A stretch of 55,816 nt of DNA from Mollicutes bacterium (GCA_022780025.1 JALEXS010000046.1:1-55816); one strand, 5' to 3'. Shown: positions 1 through 9,469, counted from the stretch's first letter. Translations and numbers: made by a program. Notes: a model not told the origin generated them from the sequence alone.

Positions 1-111
1 GAAAATTCTTGTCTTTTGTAATAGAGATCATTTAGAAAATCTGAATTACGATATTTCATAAATCAAATTATATAGGAAAAAATAAAAAACCACGACAATT
101 AAGTCGTGGAC

Positions 112-137
112 GTGAATCATTTTGATTCACTTTTGTT
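112..137 (+). terminator. Rho-independent terminator-like hairpin
   Basis: GTGAATCA (112-119) / TGATTCAC (123-130) forms a perfect 8-bp stem followed by TTTTGTT. A second hairpin, CCACGAC/GTCGTGG (90-109), preceded by an A-run, lies just upstream. Confidence 0.45.
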
Positions 138-211
138 CTAAAATATATAGGTAATCGGAAACCCCCAACAGAATAAATAAAACGAAGATTACTATTGTAA
201 TAGGAGAAAAA

Positions 212-2176
212 ATGAGAAAATCTAAAGTTTTATGGCTTGCTACCGTTTTATTAGGTACAAGTATTGTTGCTACATCTTGTGGTGATGATGTAGTTGCAGA
301 TTCAAATGTTGATTACCTTATTAATTTTGTTTATGAAAATGGGGAAAAATATTTATTTGAAGCTAAAGGTGGCAGCTTAATTGACCTTACTACTTTTGAG
401 TTACCTACTGTTGATTATAAGAAATTAGAAGGTTTTTATACTGATGAAAATCGTTCTACTTTATATGATTATAGTAAAGAAGTTCATTCAAATTTAACAC
501 TTTATGTTAAACATGTTGATAATGTTAGAACTATTAAGTCTTTAAAAGATGAAAATATTAAAGATCAAAAAGTAATTGTTAGCGGTGTTGTTGGTTATAA
601 AAAAAGATTAAAAGGTTTACCAACTGAAAATGATCCAGAAGGAAATAGATATAATAGCCAAATGGATTGTTTCTATTTATTCGATGATACTGCTTCTATT
701 TTAGTTTATGATAGAGCAGTTAATAATGAAGTTAAAGTTGGTAATAAAATTACTTTAAAAGCAACTTATACAACTTATATTTTAGAAGATGAAATTGGTT
801 TTGCTCAAAAAGCAGGATATACAGGTAGTAGACAATTAATAAATTGTAGTATTGTTAGTAATGATAATTCATTAACAAATACTTTTGATAATTCTTTAGT
901 TAGTGATAAGGATGTATATGATATTACAGTTGCACCTACTAATATTAATCTTACAGGTAACGTCTATAATATACGTGCTAAGATTGAAAAGAAACAAGAA
1001 ACAGGATTTATAAATTATTATTTATATGATCAATCTGGTGTTGGTTCACTTTATGTTTATACAAATAATAATGGTAGTGATTATGCTTGGCTTGATGAAT
1101 ATGCAGATAATTCTACATATTATAATGTTATAGTTGCTATATATAACGCTAAATGTGCTTCTAATAATAGTTATTTTAGAGTTATTCCTTTAGAAGTTAA
1201 TGATAAATATGTTAGAACTAAAGAAGATGTTGCTAGAGGTGCTGCTATAACTGCTAGTAGAAGTATTAATAATTTATATTATCAAAATGAAGTAGATGTT
1301 ACTTTAAATAACTTAGTTTCTATTACTGATACTGGTTCTGAATTTAATGGTGCAACCATTAAATTAAGTAGTAGTAATGAAGAATTAATTACTATTAATA
1401 ATGATAATAAAATAGTTATTAAAGCTAATAAAACTGGTAAAGCTACTATTACTTTTGAAGCTACATTAAATGAAGCAAAAGCAACATTTAGTAAAGAAAT
1501 TACAGTAACTGGTATTGATGATGTTAAAGCTACTAATATTCAAGATATTTATTCAAATGTAGATAGTTATAACGGACAAGAAGTAACTGTTAAAGGTGTT
1601 GTTGTTGGATATTCCTGGAAAGCTAAAGCTGGAAATAAAGGTGTTTATTATGTTAATGATGGCACTAATACAATGTTAGTAAGTCCAAATAACGATAGTT
1701 TAGAAACTACTTTAGAAATTGGACAAGAAGTTATTTATACAGGTACATTTAGCACTGGAAAAGAAGGCGATCGTGTATTAAATGATGCTCAAATTAAATA
1801 TTATTCATTAGCTAAAAAAGAATTGATTTATACATTTAAATCTTATACTGTTAGTGAACTTGTTGAAATTTCCGCTAAAGTTAAAGAAGATAAAACATCA
1901 GTTAGTAATATTAGTGGTGAAGTTTTTGAAACTACATTTATTGTAAAAAGAGTAGATACTCCTTACGCAGTTAACTTTGTTATGGTTGATCCTAATGACG
2001 AAAGTAAATCAACTACTATTTATAGTAATGGTGGGGCAATTGATAAAAATACTATTAATTTCTTAGATGAATTTAATGGTAAAAAAGTTAAAGCTAAAAT
2101 TGGTATTAGAGATGAATACTATAAAGCTAAATTAAGAATAGACGTTTTAAATGAAACTATTACTTTAGCTGAATAA
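212..2176 (+). CDS. Surface lipoprotein with repeated OB-fold-like modules and a Big_2-like Ig segment
   Basis: 654-aa ORF with GGAG-like RBS (taggagaaaaa ATG). Signal peptide ends in the lipobox-like VATS-C (Cys23). Repeated modules: QKVIVSGVVGY...FYLFDDTASILVY and QEVTVKGVVVGY...YYVNDGTNTMLV. Ig-like stretch: KATITFEATLNEAKATFSKEITVTG. No catalytic motif recognised. Confidence 0.6.
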   Translation: MRKSKVLWLATVLLGTSIVATSCGDDVVADSNVDYLINFVYENGEKYLFEAKGGSLIDLTTFELPTVDYKKLEGFYTDENRSTLYDYSKEVHSNLTLYVKHVDNVRTIKSLKDENIKDQKVIVSGVVGYKKRLKGLPTENDPEGNRYNSQMDCFYLFDDTASILVYDRAVNNEVKVGNKITLKATYTTYILEDEIGFAQKAGYTGSRQLINCSIVSNDNSLTNTFDNSLVSDKDVYDITVAPTNINLTGNVYNIRAKIEKKQETGFINYYLYDQSGVGSLYVYTNNNGSDYAWLDEYADNSTYYNVIVAIYNAKCASNNSYFRVIPLEVNDKYVRTKEDVARGAAITASRSINNLYYQNEVDVTLNNLVSITDTGSEFNGATIKLSSSNEELITINNDNKIVIKANKTGKATITFEATLNEAKATFSKEITVTGIDDVKATNIQDIYSNVDSYNGQEVTVKGVVVGYSWKAKAGNKGVYYVNDGTNTMLVSPNNDSLETTLEIGQEVIYTGTFSTGKEGDRVLNDAQIKYYSLAKKELIYTFKSYTVSELVEISAKVKEDKTSVSNISGEVFETTFIVKRVDTPYAVNFVMVDPNDESKSTTIYSNGGAIDKNTINFLDEFNGKKVKAKIGIRDEYYKAKLRIDVLNETITLAE

Positions 2177-2201
2177 CTATTAATAATAAATTTCAATAAT
2201 T

Positions 2202-2227
2202 AAAAGGTGCGAGAAATCGCATCTTTT
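2202..2227 (+). terminator. Rho-independent terminator
   Basis: AAAAGGTGCGA-gaaa-TCGCATCTTTT stem-loop with a T-tail, directly after the lipoprotein stop. Confidence 0.6.
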
Positions 2228-2339
2228 ATTATTTAATGGGGGTTTTGCAGGTTTTTTATTTAAAATAAAGACTTTTTATTAGTAATTTATAGATAATTTT
2301 TTTCTATTAAATATAAAAGAAATCTATTAAAATAAAGAT

Positions 2340-3476
2340 ATGAAAAAGATAAAAAGACATGACAATATTATAAATTACGTTAGAGATTATCAATTTAGTT
2401 TTATAGAAAAACCATTTAACGATGTTGATGCTTTAATTTTTAGTGAGTTAGCTTATTATAATTTTTCAATGGTTTCTAATACTTTTAAGAAGATTAAATT
2501 AAAAGATTTAGATATAGATTTACTTACAACTGAAGATGGTCATAAAGTATCTGATTATGAACATAAATATATGTTAATAAAAGATATGATGAACTCAATA
2601 AGATTCAAAGATATCGAAGTAAGTAATTTTTTAAAAATATATGATGAAGATAAAGAAGAACAATATGCATCAGTATTGATTCATTATAAAAAAATATTTT
2701 CTTATGTAAGTTATAGAGGAACTGATTTAACAGTATATGGATGGAAAGAAGATTTTAATTTATCTTTTTCCTTTCCTTTATCATCTCATATTGATGCTTT
2801 AAATTATTTAAATGCTTCATACCATCATTTAAATAAAATTATTTATGTGGGTGGACATTCTAAAGGTGGAAATTTAGCAGTTTATGCTGGAATTATGGCA
2901 AAAAAGCGTTTATATAAATATATTAAAAACATATATTCTTTTGATGGTCCTGGATTTAAAGAACAATTTTTTAAAAATAAGAAATATATCGAAAGAAAAA
3001 ATAAAATTATTAAATATGTTCCTGAATTTTCTATATTTGGAATGATTATGGAAGAAAGTGAAGATTTCATTATTGTAAATGCAACTGGATTTACAATAAT
3101 GGAACATATTGTATTTAATTGGATAATTAAAGAAGACAAATTTGATGTATTATCAGATATTACAAGTGGAGCTAGTGTCTTTGATGATACGATAAATAAA
3201 ATGCTATGTTCTTATAGTGATGAAGATAAAAAGAAATTAATTACTACTTTATATAATTTATTGATTGAAAATGATATTGTTAGAACTAATGATATTAAAA
3301 GTAAATTGGTTGATATTTTTAAAACTTATTCAAAGCTTGATAAAGATTCAAAAGACTTTATTAAGAAAATAACTAAAAAATTCTTAACTTTAACACTTAT
3401 CAATGTTAAAGATGATATAAGTAAAGGAACTTCAAGATTGAAGAATAATATTTTGATTAAGATTAAAAAGAATTAA
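2340..3476 (+). CDS. DUF2974 (Mbeg1-like) alpha/beta-hydrolase family protein
   Basis: 378-aa ORF with nucleophile elbow GGHSKGGNLA (GxSxG) in a lipase-like context (YRGTD...GWKEDF). No SD; a TAAAAT hexamer lies 6 nt before the ATG. Confidence 0.6.
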   Translation: MKKIKRHDNIINYVRDYQFSFIEKPFNDVDALIFSELAYYNFSMVSNTFKKIKLKDLDIDLLTTEDGHKVSDYEHKYMLIKDMMNSIRFKDIEVSNFLKIYDEDKEEQYASVLIHYKKIFSYVSYRGTDLTVYGWKEDFNLSFSFPLSSHIDALNYLNASYHHLNKIIYVGGHSKGGNLAVYAGIMAKKRLYKYIKNIYSFDGPGFKEQFFKNKKYIERKNKIIKYVPEFSIFGMIMEESEDFIIVNATGFTIMEHIVFNWIIKEDKFDVLSDITSGASVFDDTINKMLCSYSDEDKKKLITTLYNLLIENDIVRTNDIKSKLVDIFKTYSKLDKDSKDFIKKITKKFLTLTLINVKDDISKGTSRLKNNILIKIKKN

Positions 3477-4037
3477 CTATTTTAACTTTTTGCCTACATT
3501 AAATGCTTTTGCTACCCTTTTTCCTATTTCCATATAAGAAGAACTAGTTGGGTCATAACATATTAATTTAGCTTTTTCTAAATCAATTTTGCCATTTGAA
3601 TCAATTATTTTTTGATCAACTGAAACATTTACTATTTTTGCAAATAATAATTCTTTTTCTTTATCGTAATTAATTAATTCACATTCCAAAGCTAAAGGTA
3701 ATTCCTCAATTAATGGAGCATTTACTAATTGACTTTTAACAGTGTGAAAAAGAGATTTTTGAAGTTTATTTTTTTCGTCTTTTCCACTAACTATACCAAC
3801 ATAATCGCAACTTGTAACTGTGTCTAATGTACCTGCACTTAAAGTAAAAGCCTTAGTTCTTAATATATTTTCTGTTGTTAAATGGTCTTTACTTAAACAT
3901 ATACAAACTTTATCAAAGTCGGCCATCATTGCCCTAGCAGCATTCATTATATCGATAGACATATCTTTATTATATGTTGCAATAATGCAAACAGGTTCTG
4001 GTACTAAAAATGATTTTATATTGAAATTTTGTCTCAT
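3477..4037 (-). CDS. Flavin reductase-like (FMN-binding split-barrel) protein
   Basis: 186-aa ORF preceded by AAGGAG RBS. N-terminal pattern LVPEPVCIIATYNKD...IMNAA is typical of the flavin reductase-like domain. Confidence 0.6.
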   Translation of the reverse strand: MRQNFNIKSFLVPEPVCIIATYNKDMSIDIMNAARAMMADFDKVCICLSKDHLTTENILRTKAFTLSAGTLDTVTSCDYVGIVSGKDEKNKLQKSLFHTVKSQLVNAPLIEELPLALECELINYDKEKELLFAKIVNVSVDQKIIDSNGKIDLEKAKLICYDPTSSSYMEIGKRVAKAFNVGKKLK

Positions 4038-4107
4038 AAAATTGCTCCTTTATTTATTTTATTATATGTTTTAATTAATGTTTTGTTAATAATTATAATT
4101 TATTTTT

Positions 4108-4127
4108 TTGTCAATTCTTGTCAATCG
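4108..4127. repeat. Tandem 10-bp direct repeat in a divergent promoter region
   Basis: TTGTCAATTC followed by TTGTCAATCG, between the flavin reductase (-) and csp (+) starts. Confidence 0.5.
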
Positions 4128-4245
4128 ATGAACTAAAAAAAGGATTTTCTTTTAATAAATTATTCGATTTAATCAAAATTTCTTTTACTTTTGTTTGAAT
4201 TGTGCTTTAATCTAAATAGTTGTTAATCAACCAAGGAGTTTCTTT

Positions 4246-4446
4246 ATGACAGGTGTAGTAAAGTTTTTCGATGATGCTAAAGGCTATGGTTTTATTGTAA
4301 ATGATGAAAACAAAAAAGATGTTTTTGTTCATTATACAGGCATTGAAGGTAAAGGACACAGATCTTTAAAAGACGGACAAAAAGTCACTTTTGACGTAGT
4401 AATTGATGAAAAAAGTGGCAAAGAAAGAGCAGTTAACGTAAAATAA
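4246..4446 (+). CDS. csp: Cold-shock protein (CspA family)
   Basis: 66 aa with RNP motifs KGYGFI and VFVHY. AAGGAG RBS. Confidence 0.95.
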   Translation: MTGVVKFFDDAKGYGFIVNDENKKDVFVHYTGIEGKGHRSLKDGQKVTFDVVIDEKSGKERAVNVK

Positions 4447-4468
4447 ATTAGATTATAAAATCTAATTT
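4445..4468 (+). terminator. AT-rich perfect hairpin between the csp stop and the ATPase start
   Basis: AAATTAGATT-ataa-AATCTAATTT (10-bp stem with a single G:C pair). It overlaps the csp stop codon and ends 1 nt before ATG 4469. Confidence 0.35.
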
Positions 4469-6937
4469 ATGTTTATTAAGAAAAAGAGTTGTTGTGATAT
4501 TAAATTAAGTTCTTCATTTAAGCCTGATATTGAGGTTGGTTTAAATGATGAAGAAGTTAATTATTATAAAAATTTAAAATTAATAAATAAACGCAAAAAA
4601 TTTAAAGGTAAATCGCATTTCAGAATTATTTTTGAAAGCTTTTTTACTTTTTTTAATATAATCTTATATATTTTAGTTATTATATTTGCGTTATTTCAAA
4701 ATTTATATCCAAACGGAGAAAAAGCTATTACTATTACCAAATATGGTTTTCTTATAGTTATATTTTTTAATGCATTATCAAATATTATTTCTAGTGAAGC
4801 TAGTAAACATGTTATTAAAAAAATGAAAATTATATCTTCTGGTAAGGTTAAGGTTATTAGAAATGGTATTGTTCAAGAAATTAATAATGATGATATTGTT
4901 TATAATGATATAGTTATTTTAAGTGAAGGTGATAATGTCCCTTGCGATATTGAAATAGTTAAAAATAATTGTAGAGTTAATGAATCAATGCTTACTGGAG
5001 AAAGTGTCCCTTTAGATAAAAAAGTAGGCGATAAGGTATTATCTGGTAGTTTTATAGTAGATAATTTGATATATGGTAGGGTTATTGCAGTAGGAAATGG
5101 GACCTTTGTTGCAGGACTAGAAAATAAAATAAACACCATAAAAAAGAAAAAAAGCCTGCTAATCTCAAATATAAATAAAATAATTAAATATTTAGTATTA
5201 TTTTTAATACCAATTGTTTTTCTTGTTGGTTTTAAAATTTACTATGTTGGTAAAGATGGGAATCATTTTGTTTTTACTTTAGATATAGTTACTAAATGTG
5301 GTGCGACTTTAGTTGGAATGATTCCAATTGGGATGATTTTATTATCTTCAATTTCTTTATCTGAATCTATTATTCATTTATATAGGCAAAATACAATGAT
5401 TCAAAATTTGTATGCTGTTGAAAATTTAAGTAGAGTAAATACTCTTTGTTTAGATAAAACAGGTACTTTAACTACACAAAACTATGAAGTTAAAGAATAT
5501 ATAAATTTAACTTCTATTGATATAAGTGAAATAATGAAAATTATTTTAAAATATAATGAATCTAATAATAAAACATATAAAGCTTTAAAAAGTTACTTTG
5601 GAATTATTGATAAAAATATTGATATTAAATCTATCGTTCCTTTTAAAAGTGAATATAAATATAGTATTACTAATGCTATTGATGATTCCTATTATTTAGG
5701 GGCTCCAGATATAATTTTTAAAGATAATAAAGATTTATTAAATAAAATCCACACTTATACTAAACAAGGTTATAGAGTTATTGGATTAAAAAATAATTCT
5801 AATCCATTAGGTTTTATTGTTTTAAAAGATGAATTAAGGAAAGGAATTGTTGATACTTTAAATTATTTTAATTCACTTAATATTAATATCAAAATTATTA
5901 GTGGTGATAATATAGAAACAGTTAAGGAAGTCTCTAGTTTAGCTGGTGTTAAAGAGTTTAATAAGGCTATTTCTTTAGAAAATGTAGAAATTAGTGAAAT
6001 TAAAGATATTTTTGATAAATATACGATATTTGCAAGATCGACACCGGATCAAAAAAATGAAATTATTAAGTGTTTACAATCTAAAGGAGAAATAGTTGGT
6101 TATATTGGTGATGGTGTAAATGATACATTAAGTTTAAAGCAAGCAAATTGTAGTGTTACTTTTAATTCTTCAGTCGATTCTTGTAAAAGCTTAAGTGATG
6201 TTATTTTATTAGATGATGATTTTTCTCATTTACCTAACACTTTTTTAGAAGGAAGAAGAGCAATTGCCAATATTGAAAGATCTATATTATTATTTTTAAC
6301 TAAATCAATGTTTATAGGTTTATTCTCCCTTTTATCAGTTTTTACTAAAAAAGGATTATATATAGAAATTGAATCTATTTATATATATGAGTTTGTTTCA
6401 ATAGCGCTTTGTGGATTTTTATTATCATTACAAAATAATAAAAATAAACCTATTGAAGGCAATTTTGTATTAAAAGTAATAAAACAATCAATATTTTATG
6501 CATTGTTTATGACTATAGGAGCTTTTTCCCCTTTATTTATTAATTTATTTATTCATTCAAACTATATAAGTTGTTTAATAACAATTAATATTACTTTAAC
6601 TGGATTAATTATATTATTTGATATATGTAGACCATTTAAAAAATATACTACGATTGTATTTATTATTGGAGTAAGTTTATCTACTTTATTAATGTTTGCA
6701 TTTAATGATGTATTTTTAGATCCTAATTACTTAAAAGGAATAAGTGGTGGTTTAAATCAAATTAAATTAATATTTGATGATTTCTTTAAAATGCAAGTAT
6801 TTAAGAGCTTTAGTTATCATGAAGTAATTTCTATTATAATCTCATTTATTTTATTAATTTTAATTTATATATTAGCTATATTTATAAAAAAGAAGAATCT
6901 AATCAATAAATTTTTATTATTTATAAAAAAGAAATAA
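4469..6937 (+). CDS. Cation-translocating P-type ATPase
   Basis: 822 aa with motifs LTGESVP, CLDKTGTLT, ISGDN and GDGVNDT, plus multiple TM helices at both ends. Confidence 0.9.
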   Translation: MFIKKKSCCDIKLSSSFKPDIEVGLNDEEVNYYKNLKLINKRKKFKGKSHFRIIFESFFTFFNIILYILVIIFALFQNLYPNGEKAITITKYGFLIVIFFNALSNIISSEASKHVIKKMKIISSGKVKVIRNGIVQEINNDDIVYNDIVILSEGDNVPCDIEIVKNNCRVNESMLTGESVPLDKKVGDKVLSGSFIVDNLIYGRVIAVGNGTFVAGLENKINTIKKKKSLLISNINKIIKYLVLFLIPIVFLVGFKIYYVGKDGNHFVFTLDIVTKCGATLVGMIPIGMILLSSISLSESIIHLYRQNTMIQNLYAVENLSRVNTLCLDKTGTLTTQNYEVKEYINLTSIDISEIMKIILKYNESNNKTYKALKSYFGIIDKNIDIKSIVPFKSEYKYSITNAIDDSYYLGAPDIIFKDNKDLLNKIHTYTKQGYRVIGLKNNSNPLGFIVLKDELRKGIVDTLNYFNSLNINIKIISGDNIETVKEVSSLAGVKEFNKAISLENVEISEIKDIFDKYTIFARSTPDQKNEIIKCLQSKGEIVGYIGDGVNDTLSLKQANCSVTFNSSVDSCKSLSDVILLDDDFSHLPNTFLEGRRAIANIERSILLFLTKSMFIGLFSLLSVFTKKGLYIEIESIYIYEFVSIALCGFLLSLQNNKNKPIEGNFVLKVIKQSIFYALFMTIGAFSPLFINLFIHSNYISCLITINITLTGLIILFDICRPFKKYTTIVFIIGVSLSTLLMFAFNDVFLDPNYLKGISGGLNQIKLIFDDFFKMQVFKSFSYHEVISIIISFILLILIYILAIFIKKKNLINKFLLFIKKK

Positions 6938-6940
6938 TTA

Positions 6941-8449
6941 ATGGTTTATAATAAATTTATGAAAATTGTATTAGATAGTATAGAAGTCAAAAATAGTGAT
7001 CAATATACAATTGATAGTGGAATATCATCGATTGAATTAATGGAAAGAGCTGGTTTTAATATCTTTAATAATATTAAAGAAATTATTAATAAAAGCGATC
7101 GTGTTTTAATTGTGTGTGGTAGTGGCGGTAATGGTGGTGATGGATACGTCATTGGTAGATATTTATATAATGAAGGATATGATGTTTCTATTTATTCTTT
7201 AGGAAGTCATTTTAATAATGAGTGTTTAATTAATAAAAATAGATATCAAGGTAAATATGTAACTGATATTAATGATGATTATGATATTTATATTGATGCT
7301 ATATTTGGTATAGGGTTGAATAAAATTATTGAAGGCAATTATTATGAGATCATTAACAAAATTAATAATTATAAAGGATTAAAAATATCTATTGATATAC
7401 CTAGTGGGATCAATGGAACTACTGGTGAAATTATGGGTATTGCTTTTAAATGTAATTATTTATATACAGTAGAATTTATTAAATTAGGTTTATTATTAAA
7501 TAAAGCATCTAATTATTATGATCAATTAAAAGTTATTCATATTGGTATAAAATCTATAAAAAAAGATGGTTTCTGCAAGGTTTTTGATAAAAAAGACTAT
7601 ATAAATTATCTTCCAAAACGTGAAAAAGTATCTAATAAAGGAAATTATGGAAGGTGTGCTATTATTGGTGGAAGTAAAGAATTACTTGGTGCAATATTAT
7701 TAAGTAATAATGCTTTTGCTACATTAAAAGTAGGTTCAGGATATTCAACAATTTGTATTCCAAATTCTTTATTACCACTATATGCATTAAGACATTTAGA
7801 AAATACTTATATATTATTTAATGATGAAGATGGTCATATAAAATATGATGAAGAAAAATTATCTAAATTACTTAATCAAGATGCAATTGCAATAGGAATG
7901 GGTATTGGAACTAGTCTTGAAGTGTATAAAATAATTTCATATTTATTAAAGAATTTTAAAAATAAATTAATAATTGATGCAGATGGACTCAATTCTTTAT
8001 CAAAATATGGTGTAGATATATTAAAAGATCATCAATGTGAGGTGATTTTAACTCCACATTTAATGGAATTTTCTCGATTAATCAATAAACCATTAGAGAA
8101 AATTTATAAAAATGAGATAAATTTAATTAAAGAATTTGCATCAAAATATAATTTAATTATCAATGTAAAAAGTAATATAAGTATTATTAGTGATGGTAAA
8201 GAAGTGATTTTTAATATAAATGGCAATCCATCTTTAGCAAAAGGTGGAAGCGGAGACATTTTAACTGGAATTACTTTAGGAGTTATTGCTAAAAGCCATA
8301 ATTTAATAAAAAGTGTAGCTTTTGCTTCTTATATTTTAGGTAGAGCTAGTGAATTAACTACTTTAAAACTTAATGAAAATAGCGTAGTTGGAGAAGATAT
8401 AATAAATAACATTTCTAATGTTTTAAATGAATTAGAGGAGTATAATTAG
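6941..8449 (+). CDS. nnr: Bifunctional NAD(P)H-hydrate repair enzyme (epimerase/ADP-dependent dehydratase)
   Basis: 502 aa. YjeF_N-like N-terminal half (VLIVCGSGGNGGDGYV) and carbohydrate-kinase-like C-terminal half (KGGSGDILTG). Confidence 0.85.
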   Translation: MVYNKFMKIVLDSIEVKNSDQYTIDSGISSIELMERAGFNIFNNIKEIINKSDRVLIVCGSGGNGGDGYVIGRYLYNEGYDVSIYSLGSHFNNECLINKNRYQGKYVTDINDDYDIYIDAIFGIGLNKIIEGNYYEIINKINNYKGLKISIDIPSGINGTTGEIMGIAFKCNYLYTVEFIKLGLLLNKASNYYDQLKVIHIGIKSIKKDGFCKVFDKKDYINYLPKREKVSNKGNYGRCAIIGGSKELLGAILLSNNAFATLKVGSGYSTICIPNSLLPLYALRHLENTYILFNDEDGHIKYDEEKLSKLLNQDAIAIGMGIGTSLEVYKIISYLLKNFKNKLIIDADGLNSLSKYGVDILKDHQCEVILTPHLMEFSRLINKPLEKIYKNEINLIKEFASKYNLIINVKSNISIISDGKEVIFNINGNPSLAKGGSGDILTGITLGVIAKSHNLIKSVAFASYILGRASELTTLKLNENSVVGEDIINNISNVLNELEEYN

Positions 8450-8453
8450 TCTT

Positions 8454-9116
8454 ATGAAAAAATTAAATACACGTTTTATTAATATTGATAATTTTTCTAA
8501 ATTAGGAACTATAGTTTCTTATATTTTAGCTACTTTATTATTAGTACAATTATGTTTAACTATAGGAGTTAATTATAGTAATTTAAGTAATAGTTATGAT
8601 TTTTTAATAACTTATACTATTAATACTATATTTTATATCATGATTGCTGGTTATTTTAATAAAGGGAAAAATAACTTTTATTATATATTTTATGCAATCT
8701 TATTATTAATTTTAGGAAATTATATAATTCCTATCATAATGAGTATATTGAGACTAGATTTAACTTCATTTATATTTATTCCTTTATTAATTAGCTCTAT
8801 ATTAGCAATTTTATATTTTATATTTTTAGCTTTAGAAAATAAAAAAAGAGAGAAGAAATATTTTAAAGCATTAATGGTAGTAGGACTTATATTTGGTATT
8901 GCTGCTTTTATTTATGGAATATTTAATATTGTAATTTATTCTATTTCTATGGTTGAACTTATAGGTAATCTAAAGGAAATGGAAATTACAACTAATCAAC
9001 TTTTGGCAATTTTTGGTTATATTGTTTTAATTTTGACTAATTTAGTAGAAACAGTTGCTATTCCAATATTATTTGGTATTTATCCTTTTATATTAAAAAA
9101 AGAAAGACTTTATTAA
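8454..9116 (+). CDS. Integral membrane protein, unknown function
   Basis: 220 aa with about 6 hydrophobic helices and no recognisable motif. Confidence 0.6.
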   Translation: MKKLNTRFINIDNFSKLGTIVSYILATLLLVQLCLTIGVNYSNLSNSYDFLITYTINTIFYIMIAGYFNKGKNNFYYIFYAILLLILGNYIIPIIMSILRLDLTSFIFIPLLISSILAILYFIFLALENKKREKKYFKALMVVGLIFGIAAFIYGIFNIVIYSISMVELIGNLKEMEITTNQLLAIFGYIVLILTNLVETVAIPILFGIYPFILKKERLY

Positions 9117-9120
9117 TAAA

Positions 9121-9152
9121 AAGAGATATTCCTTATTATTGGAATATCTCTT
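9121..9152. terminator. Bidirectional Rho-independent terminator
   Basis: AAGAGATATTCC-ttattatt-GGAATATCTCTT (12-bp stem) flanked by an A-run on the left and T-rich sequence on the right. It lies between convergent genes 8454-9116 (+) and 9158-9292 (-). Confidence 0.8.
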
Positions 9153-9157
9153 TCTAT

Positions 9158-9292
9158 TTAGAAACGTAAATTAGATACATCAAAGTAATTAACATAATCT
9201 TCAACAAATTCGTTTAACCAATTTTTATTAGATTTCGTTTTTGAAGAAGAATTATTAGATGTAGCAAATATTTTCTTAATGATTTTTGCCAT
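9158..9292 (-). CDS. Unannotated small protein (44 aa), unknown function
   Basis: Not in the ORF track. Product: MAKIIKKIFATSNNSSSKTKSNKNWLNEFVEDYVNYFDVSNLRF. GGAGG lies 8 nt upstream of the ATG. A consensus promoter lies upstream and the bidirectional terminator downstream. Confidence 0.6.
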   Translation of the reverse strand: MAKIIKKIFATSNNSSSKTKSNKNWLNEFVEDYVNYFDVSNLRF

Positions 9293-9354
9293 AATATTTC
9301 CTCCTTTTTATTAATACGCCAATATGATTGGTACTAAATTGGCGCAGACTTATA

Positions 9355-9382
9355 ATTATACTCAAATTTGAATTTGTGTCAA
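9355..9382 (-). promoter_or_regulatory. Near-consensus sigma-70 promoter for the 44-aa ORF
   Basis: On the minus strand: TTGACA (9377-9382), 16-nt spacer, TATAAT (9355-9360). The predicted 5' UTR contains the hairpin CGCCAAT...ATTGGCG. Confidence 0.6.
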
Positions 9383-9469
9383 ATATTTTATTTTGAAAAT
9401 ATTTTCATGTAAAAAAAGTGCGATATAGTCGATATTTTTAAAAAGTTATTAATTTCTAATAGTGCTATA

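Noticed and set aside
2882-3139. Two minus-strand ORFs (2882-3139 and 2910-3107) inside the DUF2974 gene
   Set aside because: They lie entirely antisense to a well-supported CDS, give low-complexity I/F/N/K-rich translations typical of AT-rich antisense frames, and have no RBS.
3820-4074. Plus-strand 84-aa ORF overlapping the flavin reductase gene and its promoter
   Set aside because: It is antisense to a CDS that has a recognisable domain and an AAGGAG RBS. It has no start-site signals of its own.
4900-5139. Minus-strand 79-aa ORF inside the P-type ATPase gene
   Set aside because: It is antisense to the conserved TGES region of the ATPase, so it is a spurious open frame.
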